Source of the DNA: Candidatus Saccharimonadales bacterium
GTDB taxonomy: Bacteria > Patescibacteriota > Saccharimonadia > Saccharimonadales > JAGPDM01
Length of the DNA: 64,000 nucleotides
Assembly: GCA_044227985.1 (NCBI GenBank)
Contig: JBGAVT010000001.1
Coordinates: forward strand, 6,216 to 70,215
Reading direction: 5' to 3'
Shown: piece after piece, positions 1 to 8,191 of the stretch
Numbering within the stretch: position 1 is the first letter of the stretch
How the letters are laid out: each line of letters opens with the position of its first letter
The notes under the pieces: generated by a model
The model's input: only the letters and a program-made list of their open reading frames with translations
What the model was told of the DNA's origin: nothing
Databases searched by the model: none
Translations under genes and position numbers: made by a program

Positions 1-136
1 CAGCGATTACTTTTTGAGCTGCTTTTTTTGCTTGTTCACGACCAAGGCCAGTCAACTCAACATCGGTTCGACCTGCTACCCAGTCTTCCGCGTTAGCGAT
101 GCTTTCACCATGTCTGATAAAGATAACTTGTTTCAT
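1..136 (-). CDS. Histidine phosphatase / phosphoglycerate mutase family protein, N-terminal part (runs off the window edge)
   Basis: Not in the ORF track. Manual translation from ATG at 136 gives MKQVIFIRHGESIANAEDWVAGRTDVELTGLGREQA, with the RHG catalytic motif and D-x-x-LT-x-x-G-x-x-QA. Confidence 0.85.
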   Translation of the reverse strand, partial: MKQVIFIRHGESIANAEDWVAGRTDVELTGLGREQAKKAAQKVIA

Positions 137-209
137 GTTAGATGACTATTGTAGCACGCGACGTTTCTTGTTAAGCTTATGCTTGAATAACCGTAATAAG
201 GGTGGAACT

Positions 210-1589
210 ATGCCAAAATCAAAAAACATGTTTGACTACGACTTAATTGTGATTGGCAGCGGAAGTGGTGGTGGTATCGCTGCTCATATTGCCGCTAAAA
301 AAGGTAAAAAAGTAGCAATCTTTGAAAAGCACGACGTTCTCGGTGGTGAATGCCCAAATTGGGCGTGCGTTCCAACCAAAGCTCTTCTACATGCAGCCGA
401 AACCTATCACACAGCAAAAACTGCTTCTCAGTACGGAATATCGATTCAAAATATCTCGATCAACTATCCAAAAGTAAAAGCATGGAAAGATTTGGTTGTT
501 AAACGAACCGGCACCGAACACGGCGACGAAAGCTTCGCTGATTCCGGCATCGCTGTTTATCACGAGAATGCGCGTTTTATCGACAAGGACACAATAACGG
601 CAGGTGGTAAGCGGTTCCGCGCTCGTAAATTTCTGATCGCTAGTGGCACGACTAATTTTATCCCGCCAATTACTGGCTTACTCGATACTGGTTTCCTTAC
701 TTTTTTCGATGCAATTGACCTGACTAAAGCTCCAAGGTCTATCTTTATTATCGGCGGCGGAGCAATTGGCGTTGAGTTTGCTCATTTGTTCAATCGCTTT
801 GATGTCAAAGTAACTTTGCTAGAGGTTGCGCCACAGCTACTAGGCCGCGAAGAGCCGGAAGCAGCTGAGCTGACTAAGGCGGTTCTTGAAAATCGTGGAG
901 TTCGCATCATCACTGGCGGAACGATATTCTCAGTTAAGAAGAACGGCAACAAAAAGATCATCAGTTACAGCGATGGGAAAACCGCCAGTACATTATCCGT
1001 TGATGAAATCTTGGTTGCGGCTGGTAAAAAACCAAATGTTGATCTCGGACTCGAAAACGCAGGTGTAAAATATACGCCACGCGGGATTACCACCAACCGG
1101 TTTATGCAGACAAGTAAGAAGCACATCTTTGCCGCTGGAGATGTAGTCGGACCATATCAATTCACTCATACCGCAAGTTACCAAAGCCGTTTAGCTGGGC
1201 ACAATATGTTCAGTCGTGACAAAAATAAAGTGGCTGTTGATTATTCTGCAATCCCCCGCTGTATTTTCTTTAGCCCAGAGATTGCCAGTGTTGGTCTGAC
1301 TGAACTAGAAGTCCAACGAGCTGGCGTTGCAACCCGGGTAGGACGCGCACCAATTTCTGTAATTGGTAGGAGTAACACTGAGAACCAATCAACAGGCTTT
1401 GTTAAAATCGTTGCTAATAAAAAAGGCCAAATCGTTGGTGCTACGATTGTCGCACCGCGAGCTGGTGAAATGATTCACGAGCTCGGTCTAGCTATCCGAA
1501 TGAAGACAACCGTCGAACAAGTCGCTAGCACAATTCATGCCTTCCCAACTTGGAGTGAAGCTATTCGTGTTGCTGCTGTAGGAATGTAG
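210..1589 (+). CDS. Class I pyridine nucleotide-disulfide oxidoreductase (dihydrolipoamide dehydrogenase/MerA/RclA-like)
   Basis: GSGSGG FAD motif, redox pair GGECPNWACVP, GGGAIG NAD motif, GD motif, C-terminal HAFPTWSE. Start moved from 99 to ATG 210 (MPKSK). Confidence 0.85.
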   Translation: MPKSKNMFDYDLIVIGSGSGGGIAAHIAAKKGKKVAIFEKHDVLGGECPNWACVPTKALLHAAETYHTAKTASQYGISIQNISINYPKVKAWKDLVVKRTGTEHGDESFADSGIAVYHENARFIDKDTITAGGKRFRARKFLIASGTTNFIPPITGLLDTGFLTFFDAIDLTKAPRSIFIIGGGAIGVEFAHLFNRFDVKVTLLEVAPQLLGREEPEAAELTKAVLENRGVRIITGGTIFSVKKNGNKKIISYSDGKTASTLSVDEILVAAGKKPNVDLGLENAGVKYTPRGITTNRFMQTSKKHIFAAGDVVGPYQFTHTASYQSRLAGHNMFSRDKNKVAVDYSAIPRCIFFSPEIASVGLTELEVQRAGVATRVGRAPISVIGRSNTENQSTGFVKIVANKKGQIVGATIVAPRAGEMIHELGLAIRMKTTVEQVASTIHAFPTWSEAIRVAAVGM

Positions 1590-1592
1590 ATT

Positions 1593-2042
1593 CTAGCGAT
1601 ACTGCTGTTGTTTTACTTCTCGATTTAACTCACGACTTGTTTGCCTGTCACTAATCGTCTGTCGTTTGTCTGTATTTTTCTTGCTTTTTCCGACACCGAT
1701 TTCAATCTTGATAAACCTTCCATGAGAACCCATTGCTGTCGGCACAAGATGGCGACCATTTTGTTTGGCGGCTTTGAGTTCTTCAAGTTGCTTAGCAGTG
1801 ACGAGTAGCTTTCTTGATCGAGTTTCCTCATGTGGTTGTTCGCTGGCAAACTTATAGGCGCTGATATGGGTATTAACTAGCCACAACTCACCACCAACAA
1901 TCTGCACGTAGCTTCCCTTGAGTTGAACGTGACCATTACGAGCGCTTTTCACCTCTGGCCCAGACAACATCACTCCTGCCAATAAAGTCTCTTCGATTGC
2001 ATAATCGAAGTACGCTCGCTTGTTTTTAGCAATAATCTTCAT
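1593..2042 (-). CDS. smpB: SsrA-binding protein SmpB
   Basis: N-terminal IAKNKRAYFDY, G-x-x-L-x-G-x-EVKS, R-x-RKLL, basic C-terminal tail with DKR. Confidence 0.95.
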   Translation of the reverse strand: MKIIAKNKRAYFDYAIEETLLAGVMLSGPEVKSARNGHVQLKGSYVQIVGGELWLVNTHISAYKFASEQPHEETRSRKLLVTAKQLEELKAAKQNGRHLVPTAMGSHGRFIKIEIGVGKSKKNTDKRQTISDRQTSRELNREVKQQQYR

Positions 2043-2061
2043 ATGCTCTAGTATACGTACT

Positions 2062-2090
2062 TTGACTGAGCTTGCATAACTTGCTATAAT
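2062..2090 (+). promoter_or_regulatory. Sigma70-type promoter of tRNA-fMet
   Basis: TTGACT-17 bp-TATAAT with extended TG, ending 18 nt before the tRNA. Confidence 0.7.
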
Positions 2091-2108
2091 TTAAAACTAG
2101 TTAAATAT

Positions 2109-2183
2109 CGCGGGGTGGAGCAGTGGCAGCTCGTGTGGCTCATAACCACAAGGTCGTAGGTTCGAATCCTACCCCCGCTACCA
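2109..2183 (+). tRNA. tRNA-fMet (initiator, CAT)
   Basis: CGCGGGGTGGAGCAG start, C1:A72 mismatch, anticodon loop CTCATAA, GGTTCGAATCC T-arm, encoded CCA. Confidence 0.93.
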
Positions 2184-2185
2184 GT

Positions 2186-2218
2186 AAAAACGCCTCACAT
2201 AATTGTGGGGCTTTTTTA
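2186..2218 (+). terminator. Intrinsic terminator after tRNA-fMet
   Basis: GCCTCAC-ataatt-GTGGGGC hairpin followed by a T tract and preceded by an A tract. Confidence 0.7.
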
Positions 2219-2219
2219 C

Positions 2220-2326
2220 TGCTGGTAAGATGCTAACCGTCATAGTGAATAAAAGGAACGAAGGTCCGCAAGGAGCGGAACGAAGGGGTGGCGAGTACCG
2301 TGAGCATCATCCTACCTAGCTAACTA
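2220..2326. repeat. tRNA-3'-derived structured element (degenerate inverted and direct copies of the tRNA end around a hairpin core)
   Basis: GGTAAGATG can pair with CATCCTACC. ATCCTACCTAGCTA resembles the tRNA end ATCCTACCCCCGCTA. Internal GATGCT/AGCATC stem, TCC-GCAA-GGA hairpin, and GGAACGAAGG present twice. Confidence 0.5.
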
Positions 2327-2522
2327 GAAATCTAAGTATGCGAAAAGGGATGTTTTTATTACATAACTGATAATTGTTTATGTTTTGTGCAGTTATAGTA
2401 TTTAATTTTACGAAATTTTTTGTAAATACATGAATAATATTTATGTATAATAAGATTGATTATTAAGGTAATTAATGTTATTATAAATCCATTACTAGAA
2501 ATATTAAAAAATCGAGACGACA

Positions 2523-3269
2523 ATGAGTAGAAAAATGATTAAGTTCGATGCCCCACCTATTATCGAAGAACGGCCTGCTCCTGGATTAGTCGCACCTCTT
2601 GAGTCTGTTGGCTCAGCGCTCCATGACTCTGAAGCGACTAATCCTGATAGAATTTTTACTACTGTGAATATATCCGATTTAACAAGATTTGAAGCGGAAA
2701 GGTACCATCCGGCGATAAGGACATCATTGACTGGTTTAGTAAGAGCTGTCTTAGAGTATGATGGATCATCTACTAGCATAGAAGTTCGCCACCAGTTTAG
2801 CGAAGGAGAAACACCCGCGCGTGCGCCCCACGTAGATCCTATAATCGACGCGCCTTACAGGACCCTGCGAACTTGGAATCGATGGACAGTTGACTTAATG
2901 CCAGATAGTGAAGCAGCGAGTCGTATGAGTGTAGGAAGATCGCCCACGTTGCAATACGTAGGAACGCTGGAGGAAGATCCTGATATGATTTCTGGTGACG
3001 GGAAAATCACTTTTAACGGAAAAGATGAACCTCTTGAAAGTGACATGTCGGATGTATTTGATGCTTACTTCAATGAAGGCATTAACACTACCCTAATCAC
3101 TGCTAACGGTGGATTATTACGTTATAGAAGATTGCCTGGAGACGCAGAACCTCCAGGAAACTATGATCTCGTTTCTGGTAGAGATGGCTACATGACCATA
3201 TCACCAGGTAACGCAATCCATCGTGAACCATATGTGCAACCTGGTGGCACTTTACTGAGTATTCGATAG
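2523..3269 (+). CDS. Hypothetical protein, possible 2OG-Fe(II) oxygenase-like fold
   Basis: 248-aa ORF between two very AT-rich spacers; PHVD and distal IHREP could form an HxD...H triad. Confidence 0.55.
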   Translation: MSRKMIKFDAPPIIEERPAPGLVAPLESVGSALHDSEATNPDRIFTTVNISDLTRFEAERYHPAIRTSLTGLVRAVLEYDGSSTSIEVRHQFSEGETPARAPHVDPIIDAPYRTLRTWNRWTVDLMPDSEAASRMSVGRSPTLQYVGTLEEDPDMISGDGKITFNGKDEPLESDMSDVFDAYFNEGINTTLITANGGLLRYRRLPGDAEPPGNYDLVSGRDGYMTISPGNAIHREPYVQPGGTLLSIR

Positions 3270-3473
3270 TTATATAGTTGAATAATCCAACAATAAACAA
3301 TAATTATGGTACTACTACATTCTATTGAGTGACAAAGAATTTACTTGCATGAAGTACCATTCATATATTACAAATCATTACATTTATACAAGTTATTAAA
3401 TAAATTAATTAATACAAAAAGATACCAATCTACAACAATAATTTTAGAAAAAATTTCTCAAACAAGAACAGTT

Positions 3474-4238
3474 TTAAACCTCAAATATATCTCCAACACC
3501 AAACTTAACCGCACCAATCTCTGAGTAGAATTTCGAAAAAGTAGGTGGATCAATACAATGCATCGGGTAAATATTATCAACTTTTTCGGTCTTAAAATAA
3601 TCAAGCGCACCTCCTACAGCGATTGGCTCATCTTCAAATAGATGAAAACCACCCGCAACCGTTTTTATTGATTGACCAGTAACCTGCTTCGCATGCTCAC
3701 AAATATTAACCACTCCGGCGTGAGAACAACCAGTTAGCACAAATAAACCATCCTCAGTCTTAACTGCTATCGCGGAATCGTCTAGCATAGGATCGCCCTT
3801 ATGTGCACCTGTTTCAAATACAGTAGTTCGTGGAATTTCGCCAAGAAAAAGAATTCCGGGGCTAAATTCTAGTGACTCTCGACTTGTTATAATTTCAAAA
3901 TCTCTTCGGTGTAGCTCGGAATCCTCTTTCGGTACTTTTTCCAAAACATCAGGATGCATGATCAATTTTTTCTTATTATTAAATTCATGATAAAGCAGAC
4001 CTTTGGTGTGATCCCAGTGGTGATGAGAAAGAACTATAAAATCTGCTGTGTCGACATCAACCCCGATGTTCTTAGCGTTATTTTTCCAATTCTCAGAATG
4101 ACCTGAATCAAAAAGAATATTAATCTTACCAGTTTCTAAAAAAGCTGAAAATCCCCACTCTGCAAAGCAGGTTGTGTTACTGCGAGTCTTAGGTCCATTT
4201 GGACTCATCATATTTTCTGAAAGTATTGTCAGCTTCAT
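3474..4238 (-). CDS. MBL-fold metallo-hydrolase (COG1237-like)
   Basis: EWGFS, LFDSG, SHHHWDH, TGCSHAG, GGFHL and PMHC motifs. Start likely MKLTILSEN at 4238. Confidence 0.85.
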   Translation of the reverse strand: MKLTILSENMMSPNGPKTRSNTTCFAEWGFSAFLETGKINILFDSGHSENWKNNAKNIGVDVDTADFIVLSHHHWDHTKGLLYHEFNNKKKLIMHPDVLEKVPKEDSELHRRDFEIITSRESLEFSPGILFLGEIPRTTVFETGAHKGDPMLDDSAIAVKTEDGLFVLTGCSHAGVVNICEHAKQVTGQSIKTVAGGFHLFEDEPIAVGGALDYFKTEKVDNIYPMHCIDPPTFSKFYSEIGAVKFGVGDIFEV

Positions 4239-4313
4239 TATGTTTATTCTACATGAAGACCAATGTCTAGATAAACTAAGCAATCTAAGTACGTTATCTA
4301 TATAATTAAGTTC

Positions 4314-5186
4314 ATGCTTAAAAAAATCTTAATAGTTTTAATTATTACGCTTATTTCAGTTGGGATAGGATTTTTTCTTTATAATGCCCAGCAACCACCA
4401 AAACAGAAGACGAAAAATAAAGAAGAAACAAAGCTTACATACACTGCGCTTGGTGATTCAGTCGCTGCTGGTATCGGACTAAATGACCCAAGCGATTCAA
4501 GTGCTTGCGACAGAACTGAGCAATCATATCCAAATCAACTAGCGAAACTACAAAACTACGAAATGACCAATCTTGCTTGTAGCGGTGCAAAACTTACTAA
4601 TGGAATACTGCAATCACAAGAAATTAATAAACTATCGCTCACACCACAACTAGATAAGATGTTTGAAAAAGTAAAACCAGATATCATCACTATCACAATT
4701 GGTGCCAATGATGCACGTTGGACTGAAATCATTACCAAGTGTTACCTTTCGACATGCGGGGATACTCAAGATCTTGTATCTATCAAACAATCACTTGCTA
4801 CAATTTCTGACAATCTTCATAGTACTCTGCAAAAAATTGAGCAGCAATATCCCAAGAATCCCCCAAAAGTTTTTGTAACTGGTTACTACCAAGTCTTTCC
4901 CGAAACTGTGCCGGCTAAATGTAGTGATTTACAAAATATCTCTGAGAATGAGATAAAACAAGGTCGTACTTTGTTGGCATCTCTCAGCCAAACAATCCAA
5001 GCAACAACAAACAATTTTGACAACGTAGAATTTATAGCAATTGACTTTTCAGGACATGAGCTTTGTAGCCAAGATCCATGGGTTCAAGGGCTAAATGCCA
5101 AAGCACCATATCACCCAAATGCTATGGGACAGAAAGCTATCGCTGAACAAATAAGTAGTGCAATTGAAAATGATAATAACAGATGA
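4314..5186 (+). CDS. Membrane-anchored SGNH/GDSL hydrolase
   Basis: N-terminal TM, YTALGDS, NLACSGA, TIGAND, YHPN. Confidence 0.9.
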   Translation: MLKKILIVLIITLISVGIGFFLYNAQQPPKQKTKNKEETKLTYTALGDSVAAGIGLNDPSDSSACDRTEQSYPNQLAKLQNYEMTNLACSGAKLTNGILQSQEINKLSLTPQLDKMFEKVKPDIITITIGANDARWTEIITKCYLSTCGDTQDLVSIKQSLATISDNLHSTLQKIEQQYPKNPPKVFVTGYYQVFPETVPAKCSDLQNISENEIKQGRTLLASLSQTIQATTNNFDNVEFIAIDFSGHELCSQDPWVQGLNAKAPYHPNAMGQKAIAEQISSAIENDNNR

Positions 5187-5869
5187 TAAAGATACATAAC
5201 CTAACTAAAACATATGGGAAAAATGAAAATACGTTTACTGCTCTTTCAGACATTAATCTAGAGATTAAAGATAATCAAACTGTTTCAATTATTGGTAAGA
5301 GTGGTTCAGGAAAATCAACCTTGATGCATATTATGAGTGGGCTCGATAGACCAAGTGAAGGTACCGTCTTGTTCGAAGATATAGACATTTTTAAAATGAA
5401 AGCTCGTAAGATTGATACGTTTCGAAGCTCAACAATTAGCTTTATCTTTCAGTCATTTTTTATAGAACCAAATCAAACATGCTTCCAGAATGTTATGCTA
5501 CCACTGGAAATAGCGAATACACCACTTACTTCTCGTAGGAAGCTTGTACTTGAAGCATTAAAATCAGTTGAGCTCGATGATAAGGCCAACAGTCAAGCAG
5601 CTAATCTATCCGGCGGACAGAAACAGCGACTAGCAATTGCCCGGGCAATAGTTAATAAACCAAAAGTTTTGTTTGCAGACGAACCAACTGGAAATCTCGA
5701 TTCTGCAACAGGAGATAAAATTATAAATCTACTTTTTGAACTTAACAAAAAACTAGAAGGTATCTTGATCATCGTGACTCACGACTCTGAACTAGCAGCA
5801 CGCTGCGATCAGCACATCAAACTTAAAGACGGCAGAATACAAAGTATTGTCAGTAAGGTTGAGGAATAA
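5183..5869 (+). CDS. ABC transporter ATP-binding protein (MacB/LolD type)
   Basis: Walker A GKSGSGKST, LSGGQKQR, ADEPTGNLD, VTHD; ATGA overlap with the upstream gene. Confidence 0.95.
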   Translation: MIKIHNLTKTYGKNENTFTALSDINLEIKDNQTVSIIGKSGSGKSTLMHIMSGLDRPSEGTVLFEDIDIFKMKARKIDTFRSSTISFIFQSFFIEPNQTCFQNVMLPLEIANTPLTSRRKLVLEALKSVELDDKANSQAANLSGGQKQRLAIARAIVNKPKVLFADEPTGNLDSATGDKIINLLFELNKKLEGILIIVTHDSELAARCDQHIKLKDGRIQSIVSKVEE

Positions 5870-5870
5870 G

Positions 5871-7241
5871 ATGAAAACAATTGATATCGTTAGACGATCA
5901 ACTCGTAGTTTATTTAGCGCTAAAGCCCGTACAGTATTGACGACTCTTGCAATTGCAGTAGGTGCTTTTACGCTTACGCTGACTCTGGGTGCCAGCAACG
6001 GTGCTCAGAAGTATGCCGATGAGATTGTTTCTGTTAACTTTGACCCAAGTGAGCTAATCGTTACAAAAGATAAGAACATTTTTCGAGCTGCTGATGACTC
6101 CAAACCTAAAGAATTCGAAGAAGGTTTTGGTACGATTGCTACACCGAGCGGGATAGACCAACAGATAAAATTACTCGATGAAAATGACATTTCGGGTTTA
6201 GAGGAAATAAAAGGAATTAGTTCTGCTCGACCAGCTATTAATCTTAGTCTGAAATATATCACTCGTGATGGTCAAAAAAAATACGTTGGTACCGCCCAAG
6301 AATACAGTAACTACCGACAACCGGAACTACTAGCTGGTTCGATTCCTGATAGGCTAGAAAATCACACTATCATCTTGCCCGAAGGTTTTGTCGAGCCACT
6401 CGGCTTTGATTCTGCCAAAAAGGCAGTTGGTAAGAAAGTTCGTCTAGCCGTTGAGAATAAAGCCAAACAAGCAGATAATCTTAGTTCACTTTTGCGACAG
6501 AATAGTCCTTCGGATTTTAATAAAATAAATAATGTTGATAATGTACTCGAGGAAGAATATAAAGTAATTGCCGTAACAAAGACACCAGGAAATCTAGTCC
6601 AACCCGGCACGGCACTAAATCTTAATATTAATGGCGATGACCTACAACGATTGAACAATTTTAAGACCAAAAACAGCGATAGTTTTGGGCGCTATATCAG
6701 TGCCTATGTTAAAGTAGAAAACTGGCAAGATACTAATGATCTACAGCAGGCAAAAAAAATGGTTGAAAGCAAGGGTTACAACGCACAAAGTGTCATGGAC
6801 ACACAGAAAATAATCACCCAAGTTATCGGGGTTCTTCAGGGGATTGTGACAGTGTTTGGAGTGATAGCTGTCATTGCATCAATATTTGGTGTTATCAACA
6901 CAATGTATATAAGCGTACTGCAGCGAACTCGTGAAATCGGACTGATGAAAGCGCTCGGTATGCATAAACGAAACATCAATTTACTGTTTTTAGTTGAAGC
7001 CGGACTACTTGGGTTATTTGGAGGTGTACTGGGCTCAATTATTGCGGTGATTGCAGGCACACTTCTTAACCCTGTTATCTCAGATACACTAGAGCTCGGC
7101 GATCAAAATCTACTGATATTTAACGCCATACAGATTATTGGTTTGATCAGTGCCCTAGTCACTGTGGCTGTTCTCGCTGGCCTATTCCCTGCTCGAAAAG
7201 CATCAAAACTTGATCCTATAGAAGCACTCCGAACAGAATAA
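5871..7241 (+). CDS. ABC transporter permease (MacB/FtsX family)
   Basis: TM1, large extracytoplasmic domain, then NTM-x-x-SV-x-QRTREIG-x-MKALG and PARKASKLDPIEALR. Start likely MKTID at 5871. Confidence 0.92.
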   Translation: MKTIDIVRRSTRSLFSAKARTVLTTLAIAVGAFTLTLTLGASNGAQKYADEIVSVNFDPSELIVTKDKNIFRAADDSKPKEFEEGFGTIATPSGIDQQIKLLDENDISGLEEIKGISSARPAINLSLKYITRDGQKKYVGTAQEYSNYRQPELLAGSIPDRLENHTIILPEGFVEPLGFDSAKKAVGKKVRLAVENKAKQADNLSSLLRQNSPSDFNKINNVDNVLEEEYKVIAVTKTPGNLVQPGTALNLNINGDDLQRLNNFKTKNSDSFGRYISAYVKVENWQDTNDLQQAKKMVESKGYNAQSVMDTQKIITQVIGVLQGIVTVFGVIAVIASIFGVINTMYISVLQRTREIGLMKALGMHKRNINLLFLVEAGLLGLFGGVLGSIIAVIAGTLLNPVISDTLELGDQNLLIFNAIQIIGLISALVTVAVLAGLFPARKASKLDPIEALRTE

Positions 7242-7392
7242 TCGTAAAGATTTTTTCATAATTTTAACTTCTCTCAAACTTTTTATGTTTTAAAAACTAT
7301 AATGCTCATGCTTGCAAATTTTATAGCCAAAGGACTAATCTGCTACTTAGGACGGGCTGGGGGTCTCACAAACTAATTAATTGGAGGTCTTT

Positions 7393-8112
7393 ATGACTGA
7401 ACAAACTAGTGCGATAAATATAACCCCTAAACAGCTCATGGCATTCACAGGAGTGATTTTAGCTTTCACTCTTGCCGTAGTTTATCTGACGACTAGTCTT
7501 GTTGTTAACAGCCAGAAAGCTTCGGCAGAACAACAGAATAACAATGGCTCAGCTCCACAATTAGTTGTATCAGAAGGTGCAAACACAGCCAATGGTTGTG
7601 TCGATGTCGATGCCGCTAAAAACACCGACAATGACGACGCAAGTTACAAAGCTGGTGACGTTGTACATTTTGGTGGAAAAAGATACACCGTAATGGGCGT
7701 AGTTCCATCAAGCACCACTCAAATTAATGAAGATAATGATACTCACTACACATCAACCGTTGATAATCGTAATAGTGGAAATACCGACAATCGTAATAGT
7801 CGAAATTCCGATAGTCGATATAGTGGAAATGCACTAACTGATAGTCGTAATAGTGGAAACACCACAACAAATACTGATAATCGAAACCAGGGGAACACCG
7901 ACATCGTAATGCGCAACAACGGCAATACACAAACAGACAACCGTAATAGTGGAAACACCATAACAAATACTGATAATCGAAACCAGGGGAACACTTCAAA
8001 CTCTGGCAACACCGATAGCAGTAATAGTGGAAATACCGATAGTCGATATAGTGGAAATGCACTAAATCTAAACAATGGTAATACTACGAATTCAAATAAC
8101 TTTGAGCTATAA
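7393..8112 (+). CDS. Membrane-anchored protein with Asn/Ser/Thr-rich D-x-R-N-S-G-N repeats
   Basis: GGAGG SD before ATG 7393, one N-terminal TM, C-terminal ~115 aa of (T)DNRNSGN-like units with exact DNA duplications. Confidence 0.8.
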   Translation: MTEQTSAINITPKQLMAFTGVILAFTLAVVYLTTSLVVNSQKASAEQQNNNGSAPQLVVSEGANTANGCVDVDAAKNTDNDDASYKAGDVVHFGGKRYTVMGVVPSSTTQINEDNDTHYTSTVDNRNSGNTDNRNSRNSDSRYSGNALTDSRNSGNTTTNTDNRNQGNTDIVMRNNGNTQTDNRNSGNTITNTDNRNQGNTSNSGNTDSSNSGNTDSRYSGNALNLNNGNTTNSNNFEL

Positions 8113-8147
8113 ATCAACATAGTTAAAAATATTTAAAATATATTGAG

Positions 8148-8187
8148 ACAAAAGAGCTCGCGCCAAAACTAGCGCGGGTTCTTTTGT
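8148..8187. terminator. Bidirectional intrinsic terminator
   Basis: ACAAAAGAGCTCGCG...CGCGGGTTCTTTTGT inverted repeat between convergent genes. Confidence 0.8.
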
Positions 8188-8191
8188 CGTA

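Noticed and set aside
1593-2340. tmRNA (ssrA) next to smpB
   Set aside because: The adjacent RNA gene is tRNA-fMet. No tmRNA-like 5' end or tag-peptide frame was recognised.
7290-7392. Riboswitch in the 5' UTR of the Asn-rich gene
   Set aside because: A G-rich stretch is present, but I could not match a known aptamer or find a terminator/antiterminator pair.
7724-8120. Repetitive minus-strand ORFs, or a CRISPR-like array
   Set aside because: These are antisense shadows of the Asn-rich coding repeats. The units are codon-phased and lack unique spacers.
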